This document shows, one piece after another, positions 18,004 to 24,000 of a stretch of DNA of 24,000 bases. The notes under the pieces were generated by a model. It saw only the letters and a program-made list of their open reading frames with translations. It was not told where the DNA came from and made no database searches. The stretch lies in NCBI GenBank assembly GCA_965226865.1, contig CBDDEH010000004.1, positions 1,953,432 to 1,977,431 of the forward strand. The letters run 5' to 3'. The DNA comes from Dehalococcoidia bacterium (lineage in GTDB: Bacteria > Chloroflexota > Dehalococcoidia > Lucifugimonadales > JAGWBF01). The first letter of the stretch is position 1, and the number at the start of each line of letters is the position of its first letter. The translations under genes and the position numbers were made by a program.

Positions 18004-18795
18004 GAAATGGGGATGGTATAGCGTATGAGAGCGTCGCCGGGAATGACGATGATCTCTTTGACGAAGGACTCAATGAAGGACCTGCGCTCGGTCAGCTCGC
18101 TCTCTTGGAGGAAGTCCTTCATTGAGTCCTTGGCGTAGGCGGAGATAGTCTTCACGTCGTCCAGGTGCGCCCTGCGCTGGGAGAGGATTGCCCTGGCGCG
18201 CCGCCGCATCCTCAAGACGCTCCTTCCGCTCCCGGTGCTCTTTGACCCTGTCTGAGGCGTCGGCGATGTCAATGTCGGACGTCTCGATGGCGTTCCAGAT
18301 GCGGCCCAGCCGGCGCTTCACGTCCTCAAGCTCCGTGGCGATGGTCTCCAGCCTCTTGCGCTGCTCGCTGGCTATGCCGTCCATCTCCTCGTCCACCGCC
18401 CTCACCAGCTCGGTGATGCTCCCCTCGGTGAGGATGTTGGAGCGAATCTTGTCGACGATCATCTGCTCGAAGCGGCGGGCGTTGAGCCTGGGGGTAACGC
18501 AGGCGTTCTTGCCGCGTTTCATGATCGACTGGCAGACGTAGTAGGAGAACTGGCCGCTCTTGGCGTCCTGGCCTGAGAGCGCCCTGCCGCACGCCTTGCA
18601 CTTGACCAGACCGCTGAGCAGGTAGGTGCTTCCGACCCTTCGGGGATGGGACCTCTTGGGAGCACGGGCGCGCATCAGCTTGCCGACTCGGTTGAACTGG
18701 GCCTTCGTGATGATGGCGGGGAACGCCTTCTCCACCCGCACCGGCTCGGCGTTGTCCTTTGCCTTCGCGCCCCAGACCAGGGTCCGCGGTTTTTA
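18004..18795 (-). pseudogene. Large serine recombinase remnant: C-terminal part only, one frameshift
   Basis: LVWGAKAKDNAEPVRVEKAFPAIITKAQFNRVGKLMRARAPKRSHPRRVGSTYLLSGLVKCKACGRALSGQDAKSGQFSYYVCQSIMKRGKNACVTPRLNARRFEQMIVDKI is the recombinase domain plus zinc ribbon. The tail MKDFLQESELTERRSFIESFVKEIIVIPGDALIRYTIPI is in another frame (ORF 17856..18272). The N-terminal catalytic Ser domain is absent. Confidence 0.88.
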
Positions 18796-18927
18796 ATAGA
18801 CACAAAAAACTGCGGTACTCGTGGGCGGTTGGTCTAAGAGAAGGCTGAAGTGACAACAGTTGAGGATGTTCGATCCCTCGTATGCGGGCCTGATTGGACG
18901 GTAGGCAGTCCCATCTTTGAGATGTGG
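18796..18927 (-). repeat. Dispersed repeat, inverted copy (right flank of recombinase remnant)
   Basis: Reverse complement reads ccacatctcaaagatgggactgcctaccgtccaatcaggcccgcatacgagggatcgaac...accgcccacgagtaccgcagttttttgtgtctatt, matching both blocks of 17825..18003. Confidence 0.85.
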
Positions 18928-19095
18928 ATGGGCCTGGAAGCTTCCTAGGGTCTGCCAACTTACAATCATGACTATGACAAGTGGGGATGGGCGGCGGCAA
19001 CGTCTCGACCGATTGGCTCAACAGAGTAGCTGCTGAGAGGTTCATTTCCTGAGGTCCCAACCGAAATCGCCAAGACGGGCCAGCAAACGAGCAAA

Positions 19096-19135
19096 GCGAA
19101 GGGGCCACAGGGTGCAATCCCTGTGGCCCCTTCGC
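19096..19135 (-). terminator. Strong intrinsic-terminator-like hairpin
   Basis: Perfect 17-bp inverted repeat gcgaaggggccacaggg / tgcaat / ccctgtggccccttcgc, just downstream of the minus-strand ORF ending at 19149. Minus-strand exit is TTTGCTCGTTTG, a weak T tract. Confidence 0.6.
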
Positions 19136-19148
19136 CATGGCTTGAATT

Positions 19149-19379
19149 CTATCCTCCTCTTGGAATTACCGTAGGAGGCGGCTCCTCTGGTGTGGTAGTT
19201 GTACTAATGGCAGGCAGAACCGCAATAGTCGTTACCGCGAAGAGCACTCCCGCCACAACCGCTACGATACCGAGCACGTGACGTACTCCCCCGTACTTTC
19301 TTCTCACCACCGTAATCCCTACGATTAGCAGTATTGCAGAAGGCGGTGTCATCATGAGAAGCCAAACCCATGCGGCCAT
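19149..19379 (-). CDS. Small membrane protein, hypothetical
   Basis: 76 aa with two hydrophobic segments (WLLMMTPPSAILLIVGITVV and HVLGIVAVVAGVLFAVTTIAVLPAI) and a Pro/Thr-rich tail. Confidence 0.5.
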   Translation of the reverse strand: MAAWVWLLMMTPPSAILLIVGITVVRRKYGGVRHVLGIVAVVAGVLFAVTTIAVLPAISTTTTPEEPPPTVIPRGG

Positions 19380-19445
19380 TGCTTAATCTCCCTCCCAGGC
19401 TGGGCGAACCTGCGGACATTACCTGCGGGCGGAGGACGTGACGCT

Positions 19446-19553
19446 TCAGGGTCCCGCTGCCTTAATGATCGACCAGCTTGGGTTGCCGTCCGTAGCCGAG
19501 TTATTGGGCAGGCGGGTTAGGCCGGAGCCGTCCGCGTTCGTCACGTAGATCTT
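19446..19553 (-). pseudogene. C-terminal remnant of a second TolB/PD40-type beta-propeller gene
   Basis: Not in the ORF track. Minus strand reads KIYVTNADGSGLTRLPNNSATDGNPSWSIIKAAGP*, matching the blade pattern [27 protein letters not shown] of 10354..11262, with an in-frame TAA shortly upstream. Confidence 0.65.
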
Positions 19554-19574
19554 TGCTGGCTGTCTCGCTCGTGA

Positions 19575-19883
19575 TTATTCTACCATAGGCTCTTTGCTGA
19601 CGACCTCGACCAGCCGGTACTGTCCTTTCTTCATAACTACCCTCAATCTGTACACGTATCCTTCCTCGTATTCGAACCCCTCGACCTTGCGGTAGGTAAC
19701 CACGCCGTTTATCACTAGCGACCTCCTCGTTTCCGGTCCAACGGTCACCAGCATATCTTCGGGTATCCCTTTGGTGACGACACGACGAGGCGATGGGCTA
19801 TGTTTGGTCAGCCACAGGTAGATAGCTACAGAGAGGGCTATGCAACTGAGGACGATTGCCAACATCAACAGTGCTGTATCCAT
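19575..19883 (-). CDS. Membrane-anchored protein with DUF4377-like domain
   Basis: 102 aa. N-terminal TM segment MDTALLMLAIVLSCIALSVAIYLWL, then VEGFEYEEGYVYRLRVVMKKGQYRLVEVVSKEP, resembling the DUF4377 pattern. Confidence 0.5.
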   Translation of the reverse strand: MDTALLMLAIVLSCIALSVAIYLWLTKHSPSPRRVVTKGIPEDMLVTVGPETRRSLVINGVVTYRKVEGFEYEEGYVYRLRVVMKKGQYRLVEVVSKEPMVE

Positions 19884-20790
19884 TATGTTTCCTACGTGAA
19901 ACGGCCCCAGCGATTAAACCGGAGCCGCGAGGTTAAGACCGACCGCTGGCAGTCGAGCACACGGGCAGTAGCTTTCAAAAGCCCGTTTACGGACATTTAC
20001 TTACCTTCCGGCTATTCGATGTAATCCCACCGTATGTGTTGCCGTCCGGACCTAACATCCAATGGGCGCTGATGGCCCTATAACGCCCGTTCTCGCAGGG
20101 GCCATGTGTTGTTACTTCAATGCTGTACGCGTTGTACCGGTATCGGAAACCTCCGGACCCCAAGGTTCCAATCCGAAGCAGATCCCCAGAAAACAATGCG
20201 TTTTCTTGTAGAGTTCGGTCTCTACAGCGGGGTGCGAGGGAGGAGGGCACAGATTCAGAGTCAGAATGATAGTTGGGTTTGGAACATTACTCCGGCTATT
20301 GTTGTCAATCAGCGAAAGTGGGACAGAATGGGACCCGAGAAGGTCAACGTTATGAAAGGGTTTGGGCGAGCTCCCTTAGGGTGCTGCTGTAGCGCCTTCT
20401 CCGCTCGAAGGTGCGGCACTGCTACTCGAGACCTGCTCGCCCTGCAATCCCCAACTACGTCAAATATCTGGCCCCCCTCGGAGGGGCCGAGGAGTTCGAG
20501 GTACTCTTCACGCTGACAGCCCAACTGTCGCACGGCAGAAGCACAGCAGCGTCATGGGCAGGACATCAACCCGCAACGAACAGTTGTCGTTGTTCAGCGT
20601 CCCCTGTTACCCTTGTCCCTGCGTCCCTGGTCATCAAGGTATCTCCACAGCTTGCGGGCTCCCGCAAACAACCCCGCTACGAGGAATACCCCGACCACTG
20701 ACATCCAGATTAAGGTTTCCATACCACTCCTGATTGACTGGGAGCGAGGAGGCGGGGCTTGCCACTGACCGTCACGGGCGCGAGTGCGCT

Positions 20791-21579
20791 CTACTCATAG
20801 CCCAAGTACTCCCAGGCTAGCTCGCATTCCAAGTCAGCCGGCCAGGGAGGCAAGCTGGAACCGGTGCATACTGCGAGGAACACATAGGGCATCACTTGAT
20901 ATCCCCTCGCGGCCGCCGTTGCGGTGGTCGTGTGCCCGAATGGACTCAGAGGCACGCGGTGATCGTACTCGCCCCGCACTGTCGAGTAAATCAGAGTTGG
21001 GCCACTCAAACTGCTACCGTCGTAGACGCATTCGTCCACGTAATAGTAGAACGGTGGCGATGGGAAATGATTGCCCCAGCAACTCCCTGCCCGGTTGCTC
21101 CCATCGAACACAGCCCCTCCGCCGGTGAAGTTTGCCATCTTGAAGTCAACTTTGGACCGTGTCTTCGTCAGGTCGTCTATCGATTGAAAGCCGACGACCT
21201 TCGCAAGAGCATCGACTCTCCACTTATACCCTTCGGCGTCGGCGTCGGCGTCACTGCGCTCCTCCTCTGCCTGTCTGGGGACGAGCTCTTTGACGACCAG
21301 GTTGCAGGTTCCTTCTTCTATTCCCACTCGTACCTTGCTCACGTCGCCTGACATCTCAATCCTGACGTCTGGGATACCGCATTCACCGGCCAATCCGGTT
21401 CCTTCGTGTATCACGTCGCCCTCCGCGACCCCGGTTCTGGGGTCTTGGCCTTCAACCGTGATCTGGACGCTCGAACTTTCTCCTGGGGGCCTGTCCCCAC
21501 CCCCGGCAAGTACAACCCCCGAAAGCGCAAGCATGGTGAACAACATCAGCCCTACCATGAACCAGAACTTCATTTTCAT
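20791..21579 (-). CDS. Secreted protein of unknown function
   Basis: 262 aa. Clear signal peptide MKMKFWFMVGLMLFTMLALSGVVLAGGG, several Cys residues, no recognised domain. Confidence 0.65.
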   Translation of the reverse strand: MKMKFWFMVGLMLFTMLALSGVVLAGGGDRPPGESSSVQITVEGQDPRTGVAEGDVIHEGTGLAGECGIPDVRIEMSGDVSKVRVGIEEGTCNLVVKELVPRQAEEERSDADADAEGYKWRVDALAKVVGFQSIDDLTKTRSKVDFKMANFTGGGAVFDGSNRAGSCWGNHFPSPPFYYYVDECVYDGSSLSGPTLIYSTVRGEYDHRVPLSPFGHTTTATAAARGYQVMPYVFLAVCTGSSLPPWPADLECELAWEYLGYE

Positions 21580-21682
21580 ACTGTTACCTCCTTAGGTACT
21601 TGACCGAAGGCTATGTCAAAATGGCATATAGCATTACGACATTACCGACCCTACGTGTGGCGCAAAAGCTCGAAAGCTGTTA

Positions 21683-21835
21683 GATCAGGCCATGGTACTT
21701 CATAGCATGTTTCCCCTCGTTTGTCAAGTCCCACTTATTCTCTCCGGACTTTAGGTACAGGTTGATAGCCTCCCTAGGAGTTAGCATATTCATGCCCATA
21801 TGAGGGCGCACAGTGTTATAGGTACCGCTGATACC
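21683..21835 (-). pseudogene. C-terminal fragment of an rve-type integrase/transposase
   Basis: Not in the ORF track. Minus strand reads ...[46 protein letters not shown]. The YNxxRPHxGxxxLTPxEA motif is typical of the end of the rve catalytic core. Confidence 0.7.
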
Positions 21836-21879
21836 AGGTATTCAACTCCAGGTGGTCTCCAGAATGCCGCTCTAACCAG

Positions 21880-22236
21880 AAAAAGGCTTCCAGAATCATC
21901 CGGATAACCTCTTGCAGCATCTTGTCCGTCCACGTCGGTATGCCCAGAGGACGGGTTCCCCCATTTGGCTTGGGAATGTTGACCCGTCTAACTGGCGTCC
22001 ACCGGAACCGCTCATACCGAAGTTCCTCGATAAGTCGGTCGATTTTGGCCAGTGACATGCCGTCCACGGTCTCTGCGGTGGTTCCCTTGGTCATCGCCCC
22101 CCTGGTTTGAGTAGAGATGGCCGTAGGCCCTCAGGTAGAGTTCCCGGTTGCAAAGCAGCCGATAGATGTTCTCCAGCGGCAATTCTCTTTCTCCGCGTTC
22201 GCGTGTGACGTTCAATACAGTTTCGGCGTTTTGCAT
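21880..22236 (-). pseudogene. Group II intron reverse transcriptase/maturase, N-terminal fragment with frameshift
   Basis: [44 protein letters not shown] (from 22236), then in another frame [71 protein letters not shown], where it ends abruptly. Confidence 0.9.
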
Positions 22237-22375
22237 TATGCATACCTCCCTGTCGTATTCCGTCGAAACCACCTGCCCTCCTTCGCCATGTACCGGGCTT
22301 TCCCCGGCTCGGACTACTACGAGGGCTCCGTTGCCATAGGGGTCTCCCCCCGTAGGCAATCCCGCGTTCCGTTTG
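22237..22375 (-). mobile_element. Probable group II intron RNA sequence upstream of the RT ORF, 5' extent undefined
   Basis: Minus strand contains GTAGTAGTCCGAGCCGGGGAAAGCCCGGTACATGGCGAAGGAGGGCAGGTGG immediately before the RT start, an arrangement commonly seen upstream of group II RT ORFs. Confidence 0.45.
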
Positions 22376-23187
22376 ACTTCGGGGATTGGGCTTTGCTAGT
22401 ATTCACGTACATCCACCAGAGGAGTACTGCCATAAAGACGGCACTCGTGGTCTTGGTAGTGGTGGTCGGATTTGCTCTAGTAGTGACTCTGGCGACACCT
22501 GTGTCTTTTCTTGTGTTGAACAGGTTTGGGTTGGCAGAGACTTGGGTCGTTGGAGCCTTATTTTCCTCCTTCATATTATTTTGGTCCGTTGTGCTGTTCA
22601 TGGGATTGGTGTTGGCTGCCGTCGTCGTAGTGGGGTGGCGCATTCTCAAGGTGAGATGCGTTACGTTTGGAAGCGACGGCGGGAGCCGTGGCTAAGACCG
22701 TGGTGGCTAGAGCGCATCCAGATTAACCAGGTCCCCGTTGTCTTCGACACAGGACGTTCTAGCGCGACTTAGGTGCCCCGTTCGTTCCCTTGAATGCCCA
22801 CATTGGCCATCGTTCGCTCACCGGAGGTGCGCTGGCCACGAGTACCGGCCAGTGCAATGAGCGGCGCCGGGTTTCAAGCGTTTTACCGGCGGGTGAAATC
22901 AGACACCGACTGGGAACTGGGGTTCAGGCAATCAAGCTTTCACCGTATCGCGCGGGCCTTGCGGAACCAGCCCTACAACGCTTTCAGGCTGTAGCCGCTT
23001 TACCGAAACTGGCTTTAGTACCTCCGACTGGATAACAATCCCGTAGACGGTGTGGGGGCGTTTGCAGCACGGTGCCCGCGAATGGGTATCCCTTGCGAAT
23101 GTGCTTCAATAGGCTGAGTTGCTAGGGCATGTGGCAGTGAAACTCTTGTTGAAGGTTACAAACTGACCAGAAAGGAATGGAAACAAC

Positions 23188-24000
23188 ATGACTAGACGAA
23201 TCGAGTACGCTTTTCTTTTCGCGGTATTGGCGCTTGCGTTGGCTGCCTTCTGTGTTTTCTCTCGCGTAGCACTTGCTGATGGTTCCGGCAATGAGAACAC
23301 CGCTAATGAATCCTCAAATCATCAGGCTACCGGCGATCAGGGGGCTGGCGACGAAGGCTCCGGTGAAGAGGGCTCCGGCGACGAAGGCTCCGGCGACGAG
23401 GGCGCTGGCAACGAAGGCCAAGCGTTGGGGTTTTCGCAAGGTCAGGAAACTGAGATCCAGGTTGGTTCTGTCGTTGGCAGTGCCACGCTTCGAGACTCAA
23501 TGTGTGTGATCCACACTCCTATCAAGATCGGGGCACGCGTGCAAAATGGAAGTAGCCCTCTTGCGATTAGCTGGCGTTTCGATGAACAGTGCAGGGCTGT
23601 CGTTTATGACATTCAACCAATTTCAGAAGCCGAAAACACGCTAGCGCATACAGCACCGGCTGAAAACGGACAGTTCATTTCTCCTGTCCCAGGTTTGGTG
23701 CCTAGCGGCGGCGAACCGATGGCCACAGAGGATACCGGAGTCGACTCCAGCTCTCGCGAAGAACGTGCGGGGTGGGTCGGCTACACTATCCTCGAACAGT
23801 TTGATGTGCCTGCGACTTACGTGTACGCCCATCTCTATTACTGGGAGGAAGATGACTCGGTATCGGGTGGCCATAGCCCTTACGCTTACTGTTGGAACTC
23901 ATGGTTCCCGGGCTGGACGATTGAAGACTGTTCCTCCACATACTATCCGCATGGACCGGACTACGTGTGGATAGAGGTCGAAGGGGAGTTTCAGAACGAT
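23188..24000 (+). CDS. Secreted protein with GSGDEG low-complexity region (gene runs off the right window edge)
   Basis: Not in the ORF track for lack of a stop. 271 open codons from ATG at 23188: MTRRIEYAFLFAVLALALAAFCVFSRVALADGSG... followed by GAGDEGSGEEGSGDEGSGDEGAGNEG and a Cys/Trp-containing region. Confidence 0.75.
   Translation, partial: MTRRIEYAFLFAVLALALAAFCVFSRVALADGSGNENTANESSNHQATGDQGAGDEGSGEEGSGDEGSGDEGAGNEGQALGFSQGQETEIQVGSVVGSATLRDSMCVIHTPIKIGARVQNGSSPLAISWRFDEQCRAVVYDIQPISEAENTLAHTAPAENGQFISPVPGLVPSGGEPMATEDTGVDSSSREERAGWVGYTILEQFDVPATYVYAHLYYWEEDDSVSGGHSPYAYCWNSWFPGWTIEDCSSTYYPHGPDYVWIEVEGEFQND
23341..23415 (+). repeat. Five tandem 15-bp units (GGC TCC GGC GAC GAA-like)
   Basis: GGGGCTGGCGACGAA / GGCTCCGGTGAAGAG / GGCTCCGGCGACGAA / GGCTCCGGCGACGAG / GGCGCTGGCAACGAA. 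Confidence 0.9.

Noticed and set aside
20106-20701. Plus-strand ORFs 20106..20516 and 20411..20701
   Set aside because: No recognisable motifs and they overlap a competing minus ORF (19987..20250). Coding status cannot be decided from sequence alone.
22117-22695. Plus-strand 192-aa ORF with hydrophobic C-terminus
   Set aside because: Its N-terminal third is antisense to the intron RT. The hydrophobic part could be a real remnant but I have no start or family support.
13000-24000. CRISPR array search among the repeats
   Set aside because: The repeats are long, diverged, differently oriented and irregularly spaced. There are no uniform 25-40 bp repeats with spacers.

Overview
The window splits into two halves. 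From 1 to ~11.7 kb it is dense and core-like. The minus strand carries two tandem reductive-dehalogenase/QueG-like corrinoid Fe-S proteins (one cut by the window edge), a TPP-dependent acetolactate-synthase-like enzyme, and a modC-modB-modA molybdate transporter. Upstream of modA is a PPi-type 6-phosphofructokinase interrupted by three apparent single-nt deletions. The plus strand then has two translationally coupled class III (CaiB/BaiF) CoA-transferases, a TolB-like beta-propeller lipoprotein, and an F420/deazaflavin-type nitroreductase-family protein. From ~11.8 to 24 kb it looks like an accessory/decaying region. It holds an alpha/beta-hydrolase-like lipoprotein, a RecQ-like helicase with an N-terminal exonuclease-like domain that stops after motif III, a higBA toxin-antitoxin pair and a cytochrome c lipoprotein. 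It also holds a 5'-truncated serine recombinase bracketed by inverted copies of a dispersed repeat, a transposase tail abutting a truncated group II intron reverse transcriptase, and several small secreted or membrane proteins. The best candidate for something undescribed is the ~130-175 bp dispersed repeat family between 16.5 and 18.93 kb, two copies of which flank the recombinase remnant. I saw no complete new defence system and no CRISPR array. Gene names and family assignments come from motif recognition only; no database search was run.
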